A stretch of DNA of 64,000 nt. Origin: Ylistrum balloti. Taxonomy: Eukaryota. The translations under genes and the position numbers were made by a program. The notes beneath the pieces were generated by a model. That model had not been told where the DNA came from and made no database searches. It worked only from the letters and a program-made list of their open reading frames with translations. Shown here in pieces: positions 51,064 through 63,013 of the stretch (positions are counted from its first letter, which is position 1; the number at the start of each line of letters is the position of its first letter). The DNA lies in the NCBI RefSeq assembly GCF_031769215.1, contig NW_026782072.1, positions 744,001-808,000 of the forward strand, written 5' to 3'.

Positions 51064-52310
51064 TGACAAGAGATCCTCGGAACTGTATGTGTCGCCTGCA
51101 TAAAGTGTCACGGTCACCCAGAAATCGAACTGGATGTGCAACGTTCAACCATAAAGTTGTAATACCAAATTTCATTTCTATAACTCGAAGCATATAGGGA
51201 AAACTGTGCAAAGCAATATTCCTGAGAAATTTTCCAAGTTCAAAGGGACATATCACTGCCAGGAAGGGTTACAGACTGCCAAGAAGCGAACTCGGTGCGT
51301 AACTTTTGACCAAGAACACATATACAAAATTGCATTTTGATAACTCGAAGCATAACCAAGAAAATTCCAGAAAACAATATTCCCAAAGAATTTGAGTTCA
51401 AAGGGGCATAACTCTATCAGGATGAGTCACAGAGAGCTGGGAATTGAACTCGATCTGTAATCTTTCACCAAGAGGCCATTTACAACATTGCATTATGTTA
51501 ACTCAATGCATAATTGAGAAATATCTGGAAAGCAATATACCCAAAGAGTTTTTTTTTAGTTCAAAGGAGTATAACTCTATCAAACAGCTAGGATCACAGA
51601 GAGTCGTGAATCAAAATTCACCTTTTCATTTCAATAACTCAAATACAATTACTATATAATTAATTATTTATTCATTATTACCAGACAAACAAGGCAGGAA
51701 ATCTCAGTTAGGTGAGAGATATCCATATCGGCTTGTGGTGACTATAGTGGGACTCTAGCACTCCGTATGCACACATATTCTCGAAAAATTTTCAACGGGG
51801 CATAGCTCTGCCAAGAAAGCCGTGAATCGAACCTTATATGTAATGTTCGACCATGAAGTCATTTCTCATATTTCATTTCAAAAACTCTAAACATAACCAA
51901 GAAAAGTACAAAAAAATATTTTCTCGAAGAATTTTCGAAGAGGCATAACTCTGCAAAGAAGGGTCACATACTGTCAAGAATCAAAACTCATCTGTACCCT
52001 TCCAATAAGAAGCCATATACCAGATATCATTTCTATAACTCAAAGCATAACCAAAGGAAGCCCAGAAAATAATATTCCCAGAGAATTTTCTAAGTTCAAA
52101 GGGGCATAACTCTGAAAAGATGGGTTACAGACAGCCAGGAATCGAACTTAATCTGTACCCTTCCAACAAAAAGCTATATACCAAATTTCATTTCAATAAC
52201 TCAAAGGATAACCAAAAAAGTCCGGAAAACTTTCGTACGGACGCCGCCAACGCGTGACGACGGAAAAAGTGATCCCTAAGTGTCCGCCAGCTCTGCAGGC
52301 GACACAATAA
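51064..52310 (+). mobile_element. Helentron-type non-autonomous element (HINE / Pearl-CvA-like) with internal ~160-bp tandem repeats
   Basis: 13-bp subterminal inverted repeat tgtgtcgcctgca (51088-51100) / tgcaggcgacaca (52294-52306); 3' hairpin gtgtccgcc..ggcgacac; gacg-rich patch; repeated aaggggcataactct...atttcatttcaata core. Confidence 0.75.
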
Positions 52311-52835
52311 AGGAACACGATTTCTGTGAAACACACCAGGTCTGAGGCGACAATGACAAAGTAACGTTGTCGGCTATGTAATCATCAATAACAATGAAGG
52401 TTAAGGTCACTCTCAAAACGGTCAAGATCGACCGACATTACTCACATCTCATTACCATGATTTGCTAGACATATATAAAAGTCAGAATCAGTCTTATAAT
52501 ATATAACTCCAGAGGAAACATTCATGGTGAAAGGTTTCGTAAACTATCAACTGTACTTTGTCTTCCTGTAGATGAACTTCGTCGGAGTAATTCTTCCGCG
52601 CGGAAATATAGTTCCAAACTTCAATGGATATGCTCGCGACTTTATCAATAAACAACAAATGCAACCGTTTATTTAAAATATTCAAATCATTTTTTTTTTC
52701 AAAAGTAATATTTGAGAAAGTAAAGACGGTAATTTTGTAGAACGTTTTGTTGAACATCATGCAGACTTCATGAGTATGATCAGTAGACTGTCGATATTTT
52801 TCACGTGCATCAGTGAAATGTTATCATAAAATATC

Positions 52836-52878
52836 ACCTCTGGGTTATGGGCCCAGCACGCTTCCACTGTGCCACTCT
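52836..52878 (-). pseudogene. tRNA-iMet 5' fragment (to nt 46) at the array edge
   Basis: acctctgggttatgggcccagcacgcttccactgtgccactct; lacks the T-arm and 3' acceptor strand and has one substitution. Confidence 0.85.
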
Positions 52879-53304
52879 ACATTGAACACAAGTTGTCATA
52901 CTGACGATATTTTGATGTAGTAAAAGTCAGTCAAGTATCCTTTCCGTTATATTCAGGAAGAAATTCGTGTTAGTTCCTTTTGCTGATCGTATCAATAACA
53001 AAATGAGTAAATGTGTGTAGTCTATTTCCCCTGGAAACAATATTCTGTGTTATACAGATAGAAGGCACTGCATGATGTAGATACATATATTGTTCAGTTA
53101 TTCTGTAGGCTTATTTTTCTATAAACCGGATTAAAATGTGTACTTAGGAATAAAATTTATTTCACAATTTCTGTAATGTTATTACTATCATGAATTGATA
53201 TCAATTTCAAACTGTAATTTTGTTACCATATCAACTATTGTGATTGAAAATATTTCACGAATTTAGTGACATTTATTGTATTTTTTGAAGATAAAACAAA
53301 GTGA

Positions 53305-53376
53305 TAGCAGAGCGAGGTTTCGATCCTCGGACCTCTGGGTTATGGGCCCAGCACGCTTCCACTGCGCCACTCTGCT
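53305..53376 (-). tRNA. tRNA-iMet-CAT: Initiator tRNA-Met (CAT)
   Basis: AGCAGAGTGGCGCAGTGGAAGCGTGCTGGGCCCATAACCCAGAGGTCCGAGGATCGAAACCTCGCTCTGCTA: A1:U72 pair, three G:C pairs in the anticodon stem, GATCGAAA T-loop; T-run terminator follows. Confidence 0.97.
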
Positions 53377-53614
53377 TTGTACATAAGTTTTCATACCGGT
53401 AGAAATCCTACTTAAATTATCGATTACATCAGCCAATTTAGTCATATCTATTTATAAGATGTCTACACTTTTGTACCGCTGATATATTTTTTCGCAAGCT
53501 TACTTTGATTCCAGACATACTTAACTTCAAAATAACGATGACAATCGAACCGACATTTAGACATTAATAGACACTTTGATAATACTTGAAAATGCATGAA
53601 AATAACAAATGTGA

Positions 53615-53686
53615 TAGCAGAGCGAGGTTTCGATCCTCGGACCTCTGGGTTATGGGCCCAGCACGCTTCCACTGCGCCACTCTGCT
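53615..53686 (-). tRNA. tRNA-iMet-CAT: Initiator tRNA-Met (CAT)
   Basis: Identical 72-nt sequence. Confidence 0.97.
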
Positions 53687-53955
53687 GATTGAATATTTAA
53701 TTTAGCAATGTATTGCATCAGTCAAATCATTTTCACCATTATTTTTACATCGCCAAACAGATTATTGAAATGTGAAGGCTTATTTTTCTATAAACCGGAT
53801 TAAAAGGTGTACTAAGGAATATGATTTATTTCACAATTTCATGAATTGATATCAATTTCAAACTGTAATTTTGTTACCATATCAACTATTGTGATTGAAA
53901 ATATTTCACGAATTTAGTGACATTTATTGCATTTTTTGAAGATAAAACAAAGTGA

Positions 53956-54009
53956 TAGCAGAGCGAGGTTTCGATCCTCGGACCTCTGGGTTATGGGCCC
54001 AGCACGCTT
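53956..54009 (-). pseudogene. 3' part (nt 19-72) of a LINE-interrupted tRNA-iMet
   Basis: The tRNA sequence stops at agcacgctt and runs into the LINE A-tail. Confidence 0.93.
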
Positions 54010-55873
54010 TTTTAAAATCTTTTATTAAAATCAACTTCACTAATTACATACACACGCTAAACAATTACATTACAGTAAAACATACACAAACCATATATTG
54101 CATAACATTCACCAATGACACATTATACAAAATACGGAGTGAAAAACGTGATAAATCTGATACAATGTAAATAAAGCTTTGATCACCTTTGATTAAGGGA
54201 TTATCCGAAAGGAAATATTTCATAAATAGCTTTCTACGATCTTTACGCTGATAGTAAAATTTTGCATACTCAAAATATCTTGTAATAGTATATTTTACAA
54301 ACTTTAAAATATCAACATTGCGAAGATCATTATTGTATAAATTTCGCCTTTTAAATATGCGAAACCGAACAATGCCGAAAAAGAAATTAATGAAATAACA
54401 ATTACATTTTTAAATTTTTCTAGTAAATCCTAACAATAAAACTGTGTTAACTGATATATCTCTGGTATCTGACGGATAAACACAAGATAATAATTTAACA
54501 AGAACTCCTTCAAGAAAAATAAATAATTCACCAAGGTCTCAACAGTTAAGAAATAAATGCTGAAGCGTTTCAGTATATACATTACACACAGGACAAACAT
54601 CACTTGTAACTTTACCAATTTTCAATAATTTATCCATTGAAAAAATAGAATTATGGGCAACTTTGAAATGCAGTTCTATACAATCTGGTGGGAAGCATGG
54701 CACATACATAATTGAAAAAACGTCTTTTAACGCCACATTGGGGCAAAATTCTGACCAAAATTCTGTTGATGTTGGACACTTAAATTTCGATTTAATAAAA
54801 AGGTTATAAAAGTCTCGAGTATTTACAGGAACAATTTTACGTCTACCACCAGTTTTAGTTGGTATTTCAACAAAGGCTCCGATAGCACTTTGCGCCCTAG
54901 CAGGTGTATAAACATTAGATAAAACAATAACTTTATACTCTCGCGAAATAGCTTTCATAACGAGATTATAACTTAATAGGATTACACGGGTTGATATGTC
55001 AGGATCAATTTCATGAATAATATCTACAATTGCGCGGAAGGGAAGAAAATTAGGCAAGACTTCATATGTCAAATCTTTGATTTTAGTTATTCCAGCCTTA
55101 GCAAATGCAGGAGAAAATACCGTTTTTTCACCATTTGTAATATTGGGATTAAAGAACAATGGCTGCTCATAAACAAATGATGGGCGATTATTATCAAATT
55201 TAACATGATAGCATTTTCGAAATTCTGACCACGCCATCAACATTTCTCGATATACACAAGGTAAGCTTTTCAATTGCTTATTCCTAAAATCACAATATAT
55301 GGTCCCAAAGCCCAAATTCATTCCTTCTATAGAATTGAAAAAATACAAACATGTACTCTTCCATATCGCCTTACATTCCGAGTCAAGCCATCTCATTAAA
55401 AACTTCAACCGAAATGATTGGCGCTTTAAGATAATATCAGGCATATTTAAGCCACCATCTTGTTTTTTACCAATTACCGTGTCATATTTAATCAGATGAG
55501 CACCATTCCATAAAAACTTAACACACATATTTTTAACTTCATTAATAGTATCATCAGGTATAGTCTGGGACATCAATGTATACCAACACCTTGACAGTAA
55601 CAAACTTTCAACAACAGTTGCTCTGCCTTGTATTGTTAACTTTCTTTGTAACCACATATTCAATATAGACTTCATTGACTTTACCTTTACATTCCAATTT
55701 AATTCATTACATAGTTTGTCGTTTTCACCTATATACACACCAAGAACACATATAACTTCTTTGCACAATTTTACCCCTAACTCATTCATTTCGTTTTCAA
55801 AAAAGGAACCAGTTCCACAATATAACAATTCTGATTTTTCCTTATTAATTTTTGCCCCAGATCCATTACTATA
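54010..55873 (-). mobile_element. 5'-truncated non-LTR retrotransposon (L1/Tx1-like), copy 1, inserted in tRNA-iMet
   Basis: ORF 54539..55903 carries the end of RT (SGAKINKEKS), the GGLNMPD motif and a zf-RVT motif (CPVC..ETLQHLFLNC). AATAAA plus short A tail at 54010. 18-bp TSD at 53992-54009 / 55874-55891. Nonsense TGA at 54539. Confidence 0.92.
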
Positions 55874-55909
55874 TATGGGACCAGCACGCTTCCACTGCGC
55901 CATTCTGCT
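55874..55909 (-). pseudogene. 5' part (nt 1-36) of a LINE-interrupted tRNA-iMet
   Basis: tatgggaccagcacgcttccactgcgccattctgct; two substitutions versus the intact genes. Confidence 0.92.
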
Positions 55910-56764
55910 GATTGACTATGAATTAGTTGGAATGTTCAGCTGTTTTAATTTAGCAATGTATTGCATCAGTCAAATCATTTCCACCATTATTTTACATTGC
56001 CAAACGGATTATTGAAATGTTACTAAAATATCACTACTTTTAAATGAAGTGCGGTCAATGACTGCTAACAAGAATTCCGACGTAGAAGATTTTATCAGAC
56101 TCTATACGGAAAATCGACATGGTAACGAAATAAAGTTGTCTAATGAAATAAAAAATTGACAAAACTGCAATGATTTTTAGTAATGATATGTTACACAAAT
56201 TTCTGAGGAAAATTAGAACGTTTCCCTAACAATTGCAATCAAAGAAATATAGAATGACGAAGCATATATATTTAGATCTCTCCAATTTGATTATCAAAAT
56301 AGTTACTGAGAAAATCCAATGTATCCATATTTAATGACCCAATCCGGTACACGATCAAATCACTTATTCTAACCCCTTTTTTACAGGTAATGAATTGAGA
56401 ATCGATATTCTGATGTAGTAAAAGGCAGTCGAGTATTCCTTCCTAATATTTTGAGTGAAGTTCTTGTAAGTTCATTGTCCTTTCCGAATTAGTAACAAAA
56501 TGAGTAAATGTGTGTAGTCTATTCCTCATGGAAACAATATATTTTGATACATTGTTTAGCGATTCTGCAGGCTTATTTGATCTATAAATGGTATCAAAAG
56601 GTGTACTACAGAATATAACTTATTTTACAATGTCTGTAAAATCATTACTATCATTAATTGATTTCAATTTCAAACTGTAATTTTGTTACCATATCAACTA
56701 CTGTGATTGATGACATTTCATGAAGGTGACATTTGTTGTATTTTATGAAAGTAAAACAATGTGA

Positions 56765-56836
56765 TAGCAGAGCGTGGTTTCGATCCTCGGACCTCTGGGT
56801 TATGGGCCCAGCACGCTTCCACTGCGCCACTCTGCT
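56765..56836 (-). tRNA. tRNA-iMet-CAT: Initiator tRNA-Met (CAT), T-stem variant
   Basis: 3' T-stem strand reads CCACG instead of CCTCG, giving an A:A mismatch. Confidence 0.9.
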
Positions 56837-57074
56837 TTGAACAGAAGTTTTCATACCGGTAGAAATCCCACTTAAACTATCGATTACATCAGCCAATTTA
56901 GTCATATCTATTTATAAGATGTCTACACTTTTGTACCGCTGATATATTTTTTCGAAAGCTTACTTTGATTCCAGACATATTTAACTTCAAAATAACGATG
57001 ACAATCGAACCGACATTTAGACATTAATAGATACTTTGGTAATACTTGAAAATGCATGAAAATAACAAATGTGA

Positions 57075-57146
57075 TAGCAGAGCGAGGTTTCGATCCTCGG
57101 ACCTCTGGGTTATGGGCCCAGCACGCTTCCACTGCGCCACTCTGCT
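57075..57146 (-). tRNA. tRNA-iMet-CAT: Initiator tRNA-Met (CAT)
   Basis: Identical 72-nt sequence. Confidence 0.97.
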
Positions 57147-57412
57147 GATTGAATGTGAATCTGTTGGAATGTTCAGCTGTTTTAATTTAGCAATGTATTG
57201 CATCAGTCAAATCATGTCCACCATTATTTTACATTGCCAAACGGATTATTGAAATGTGAATAAAAATATCACGGATTTTTAGTGAAGTGCGGTCAACGCC
57301 TTAGAACAAGAATTGATGTATGAACGTAACATGATGTACCCTGATGTTACAAGTGTCATTGTATTGTTGATTTAGTCGGACGTAGAGGCTTTTATCAGAC
57401 TCTATACGGGAA

Positions 57413-57458
57413 ACCTCTGGGTTATGGGCCCAGCACGCTTCCACTGCGCCACTCTGCT
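57413..57458 (-). pseudogene. tRNA-iMet 5' fragment (nt 1-46) inside a patchwork insertion
   Basis: Absent from the paralogous spacer at ~62330. Confidence 0.85.
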
Positions 57459-58226
57459 TTGAACAGAAGTTTTCATACCTGTATTGCATCAGTCAAAATC
57501 CCACTTAAACTATTGAAATGTTACTAAAATATCGACATGACTACGAAATAAAGGCGTCTATTGTTAAAGGCGTCTATTGTTAACAAATCTGCAGAGACTG
57601 CAGTCTTTTTGAGTGTTGATACGTAACACAAATTTCTGAGGAAACTAAGAATGATTTCTTAGACATTGCAATCAAAGGATAAACAAAGGCAAACAATGTA
57701 TTATATATATATATTTTATATATATATATATATATATAGATCTCTCCCGTTTGACTATGAAATTAGCTATCGAAAATATCCAATATGTCCATATTTAAAT
57801 TTTCAATCCGGTAAACGATCAGATCACTAACTCTAACCTTTTTTCAGTTAATAAATTGAGAATCGATATTTTGATGTAGTAAAAGTCAGTCAAGTATCCT
57901 TTCCGTTATATTCTGGATGAATTTCATGTAAGTTCCTTTTGCTGATCGTATCAATAACAAAATGAGTAAATGTGTGTAGTCTATTCCTCATGGAAACAAT
58001 ATATTTTGATACATTGTTTAGCGATTCTGCAGGCTTATTTGATCTATAAATGGTATCAAAAGGTGTACTACAGAATATAACTTATTTTACAATGTCTGTA
58101 ATATTAAAACAATCATTAATTGATTTCAATTTCAAACTGTAATTTTGTTACCATATCAACTACTGTGATTGATGACATTTCATGAAGGTGACATTTGTTG
58201 TATTTTATGAAAGTAAAACAATGTGA

Positions 58227-58298
58227 TAGCAGAGCGAGGTTTCGATCCTCGGACCTCTGGGTTATGGGCCCAGCACGCTTCCACTGCGCCACTCTGCT
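58227..58298 (-). tRNA. tRNA-iMet-CAT: Initiator tRNA-Met (CAT)
   Basis: Identical 72-nt sequence. Confidence 0.97.
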
Positions 58299-58536
58299 TT
58301 GAACATAAGTTTTCATACCGGTAGAAATCCTACTTAAACTATCGATTACATCAGCCAATTTAGTCATATCTATTTATAAGATGTCTACACTTTTGTACCG
58401 CTGATATATTTTTTCGAAAGCTTACTTTGATTCCAGACATACTTAACTTCAAAATAACGATGACAATCGAACCGACATTTAGACATTAATAGACACTTTG
58501 ATAATACTTGAAAATGCATGAAAATAACAAATGTGA

Positions 58537-58608
58537 TAGCAGAGCGAGGTTTCGATCCTCGGACCTCTGGGTTATGGGCCCAGCACGCTTCCACTGCGCC
58601 ACTCTGCT
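58537..58608 (-). tRNA. tRNA-iMet-CAT: Initiator tRNA-Met (CAT)
   Basis: Identical 72-nt sequence. Confidence 0.97.
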
Positions 58609-58877
58609 GATTGAATATTTAATTTAGCAATGTATTGCATCAGTCAAATCATTTTCACCATTATTTTTACATCGCCAAACAGATTATTGAAATGTGAAGG
58701 CTTATTTTTCTATAAACCGGATTAAAAGGTGTACTAAGGAATATGATTTATTTCACAATTTCATGAATTGATATCAATTTCAAACTGTAATTTTGTTACC
58801 ATATCAACTATTGTGATTGAAAATATTTCACGAATTTAGTGACATTTATTGCATTTTTTGAAGATAAAACAAAGTGA

Positions 58878-58931
58878 TAGCAGAGCGAGGTTTCGATCCT
58901 CGGACCTCTGGGTTATGGGCCCAGCACGCTT
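58878..58931 (-). pseudogene. 3' part (nt 19-72) of the second LINE-interrupted tRNA-iMet
   Basis: Same junction as 53956-54009. Confidence 0.93.
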
Positions 58932-60792
58932 TTTTAAAATCTTTTATTAAAATCAACTTCACTAATTACATACACACGCTAAACAATTACATTACAGTAA
59001 AACATACACAAACCATATATTGCATAACATTCACCAATGACACATTATACAAAATACGGAGTGAAAAACGTGATAAATCTGATACAATGTAAATAAAGCT
59101 TTGATCACCTTTGATTAAGGGATTATCCGAAAGGAAATATTTCATAAATAGCTTTCTACGATCTTTACGCTGATAGTAAAATTTTGCATACTCAAAATAT
59201 CTTGTAATAGTATATTTTACAAACTTTAAAATATCAACATTGCGAAGATCATTATTGTATAAATTTCGCCTTTTAAATATGCGAAACCGAACAATGCCGA
59301 AAAAGAAATTAATGAAATAACAATTACATTTTTAAATTTTTCTAGTAAATCCTAACAATAAAACTGTGTTAACTGATATATCTCTGGTATCTGACGGATA
59401 AACACAAGATAACAATTTAACAAGAACTCCTTCAAGAAAAATAAATAATTCACCAAGGTCTCGACAGTTAAGAAATAAATGCTGAAGCGTTTCAGTATAT
59501 ACATTACACACAGGACAAACATCACTTGTAACTTTACCAATTTTCAATAATTTATCCATTGAAAAAATAGAATTATGGGCAACTTTGAAATGCAGTTCTA
59601 TACAATCTGGTGGGAAGCATGGCACATACATAATTGAAAAAACGTCTTTTAACGCCACATTGGGGCAAAATTCTGACCAAAATTCTGTTGATGTTGGACA
59701 CTTAAATTTCGATTTAATAAAAAGGTTATAAAAGTCTCGAGTATTTACAGGAACAATTTTACGTCTACCACCAGTTTTAGTTGGTATTTCAACAAAGGCT
59801 CCGATAGCACTTTGCGCCCTAGCAGGTGTATAAACATTAGATAAAACAATAACTTTATACTCTCGCGAAATAGCTTTCATAACGAGATTATAATTTAATA
59901 GGATTACACGGGTTGATATGTCAGGATCAATTTCATGAATAATATCTACAATTGCGCGGAAGGGAAGAAAATTAGGCAAGACTTCATATGTCAAATCTTT
60001 GATTTTAGTTATTCCAGCCTTAGCAAATGCAGGAGAAAATACCGTTTTTTCACCATTTGTAATATTGGGATTAAGAACAATGGCTGCTCATAAACAAATG
60101 ATGGGCGATTATTATCAAATTTAACATGATAGCATTTTCGAAATTCTGACCACGCCATCAACATTTCTCGATATACACAAGGTAAGCTTTTCAATTGCTT
60201 ATTCCTAAAATCACAATATATGGTCCCAAAGCCCAAATTCATTCCTTCTATAGAATTGAAAAAATACAAACATGTACTCTTCCATATCGCCTTACATTCC
60301 GAGTCAAGCCATCTCATTAAAAACTTCAACCGAAATGATTGGCGCTTTAAGATAATATCAGGCATATTTAAGCCACCATCTTGTTTTTTACCAATTACCG
60401 TGTCATATTTAATCAGATGAGCACCATTCCATAAAAACTTAACACACATATTTTTAACTTCATTAATAGTATCATCAGGTATAGTCTGGGACATCAATGT
60501 ATACCAACACCTTGACAGTAACAAACTTTCAACAACAGTTGCTCTGCCTTGTATTGTTAACTTTCTTTGTAACCATATTCAATATAGACTTCATTGACTT
60601 TACCTTTACATTCCAATTTAATTCATTACATAGTTTGTCGTTTTCACCTATATACACACCAAGAACACATATAACTTCTTTGCACAATTTTACCCCTAAC
60701 TCATTCATTTCGTTTTCAAAAAAGGAACCAGTTCCACAATATAACAATTCTGATTTTTCCTTATTAATTTTTGCCCCAGATCCATTACTATA
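58932..60792 (-). mobile_element. 5'-truncated L1/Tx1-like LINE, copy 2, inserted in tRNA-iMet
   Basis: Near-identical to copy 1 with the same ends. Private 2-bp (~60575) and 1-bp (~60072) deletions break the ORF into 60529..60822, 60009..60524 and 59332..59994; CGA is retained where copy 1 has TGA. Confidence 0.92.
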
Positions 60793-60828
60793 TATGGGAC
60801 CAGCACGCTTCCACTGCGCCACTCTGCT
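60793..60828 (-). pseudogene. 5' part (nt 1-36) of the second LINE-interrupted tRNA-iMet
   Basis: tatgggaccagcacgcttccactgcgccactctgct; shares the ggga substitution with copy 1. Confidence 0.92.
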
Positions 60829-61682
60829 GATTGACTATGAATAAGTTGGAATGTTCAGCTGTTTTAATTTAGCAACTGTATTGCATCAGTCAAATCATTT
60901 CCATCATTATTTTACATTGCCAAACGGATTATTGAAATGTTACTAAAATATCACTACTTTTAAATGAAGTGCGGTCAATGACTGCTAACAAGAATTCCGA
61001 CGTAGAAGATTTTATCAGACTCTATACGAAAAACCGACATGATAACGAAATAAAGTTGTCTAATGAAAAAAAAAACCAAACTGAAATGATTTTGAGTAAT
61101 GATATGTAACACAAATTTCTGAGGAAAATTAGAAGGATTCCCTAACAATTGCAATCAAAGAAATATAGAATGACGAAGTATATATATTTAGATCTCTCCA
61201 ATTTGATTATCAAAATAGTTACTGAGAAAATCCAATGTATCCATATTTAATGACCCAATCCGGTACACGATCAAATCACTTATTCTAACCCCCTTTTTTT
61301 ACAGGTAATGAATTGAGAATCGATATTTTGATGTAGTGAAAGACAGTCAAGTATTCTTTCCCTTATATTTTGAGTGAAGTTCTTGTAAGTTCATTGTCCT
61401 TTTCGAATTAGTAACAAAATGAGTAAATGTGTGTAGTCTATTCCTCATGGAAACAATATATTTTGATATATTGTTTAGCGATTCTGCAGGCTTATTTATC
61501 TATAAACGGGATTAAAAGGTGTACTACAGAATATAACTTATTTTACAATGTCTGTAATGTTATTACAATCATTAATTGATTTCAATTTCAAACTGTAATT
61601 TTGTTACCATATCAACTACTGTGATTGATGACATTTCATGAAGGTGACATTTGTTGTATTTTATGAAAGTAAAACAATGTGA

Positions 61683-61754
61683 TAGCAGAGCGTGGTTTCG
61701 ATCCTCGGACCTCTGGGTTATGGGCCCAGCACGCTTCCACTGCGCCACTCTGCT
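61683..61754 (-). tRNA. tRNA-iMet-CAT: Initiator tRNA-Met (CAT), T-stem variant
   Basis: Same CCACG variant as 56765. Confidence 0.9.
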
Positions 61755-61992
61755 TTGAACAGAAGTTTTCATACCGGTAGAAATCCCACTTAAACTATCG
61801 ATTACATCAGCCAATTTAGTCATATCTATTTATAAGATGTCTACACTTTTGTACCGCTGATATATTTTTTCGAAAGCTTACTTTGATTCCAGACATATTT
61901 AACTTCAAAATAACGATGACAATCGAACCGACATTTAGACATTAATAGATACTTTGGTAATACTTGAAAATGCATGAAAATAACAAATGTGA

Positions 61993-62064
61993 TAGCAGAG
62001 CGAGGTTTCGATCCTCGGACCTCTGGGTTATGGGCCCAGCACGCTTCCACTGCGCCACTCTGCT
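61993..62064 (-). tRNA. tRNA-iMet-CAT: Initiator tRNA-Met (CAT)
   Basis: Identical 72-nt sequence. Confidence 0.97.
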
Positions 62065-63013
62065 GATTGAATGTGAATCTATTGGAATGTTCAGCTGTTT
62101 TAATTTAGCAATGTATTGCATCAGTCAAATCATGTCCACCATTATTTTACATTGCCAAACGGATTATTGAAATGTGAATAAAAATATCACGGATTTTTAG
62201 TGAAGTGCGGTCAACGCCTTAGAACAAGAATTGATGTATGAACGTAACATGATGTACCCTGATGTTACAAGTGTCATTGTATTGTTGATTTAGTCGGACG
62301 TAGAGGCTTTTATCAGACTCTATACGGGAAATCGACATGACTACGAAATAAAGGCGTCTATTGTTAACAAATCTGCAGAGACTGCAGTCTTTTTGAGTGT
62401 TGATACGTAACACAAATTTCTGAGGAAACTAAGAATGATTTCTTAGACATTGCAATCAAAGGATAAACAAAGGCAAACTATATATATAGATCTCTCCCGT
62501 TTGACTATGAAATTAGCTATCGAAAATATCCAATATGTCCATATTTAAATTTTCAATCCGGTAAACGATCAGATCACTAACTCTAACCTTTTTTCAGTTA
62601 ATAAATTGAGAATCGATATTTTGATGTAGTAAAAGTCAGTCAAGTATCCTTTCCGTTATATTCTGGATGAATTTCATGTAAGTTCCTTTTGCTGATCGTA
62701 TCAATAACAAAATGAGTAAATGTGTGTAGTCTATTTCCCCTGGAAACAATATTCTGTGTTATACAGATAGAAGGCACTGCATGATGTAGATACATATATT
62801 GTTCAGTTATTCTGTAGGCTTATTTTTCTATAAACCGGATTAAAATGTGTACTTAGGAATAAAATTTATTTCACAATTTCTGTAATGTTATTACTATCAT
62901 GAATTGATATCAATTTCAAACTGTAATTTCGTTACCATATCAACTACTGTTATTGATAACATGTCATGAATTTAGTGACATTTATTGTATTTTTTGAAGA
63001 TAAAACAAAGTGA

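Noticed and set aside
53263-62413. Repeated short ORFs (MTKLADVID..., MEACWAHNPEV..., MIAERGFDP...)
   Set aside because: Translations across tRNA-iMet genes and spacers, repeated only because the array repeats.
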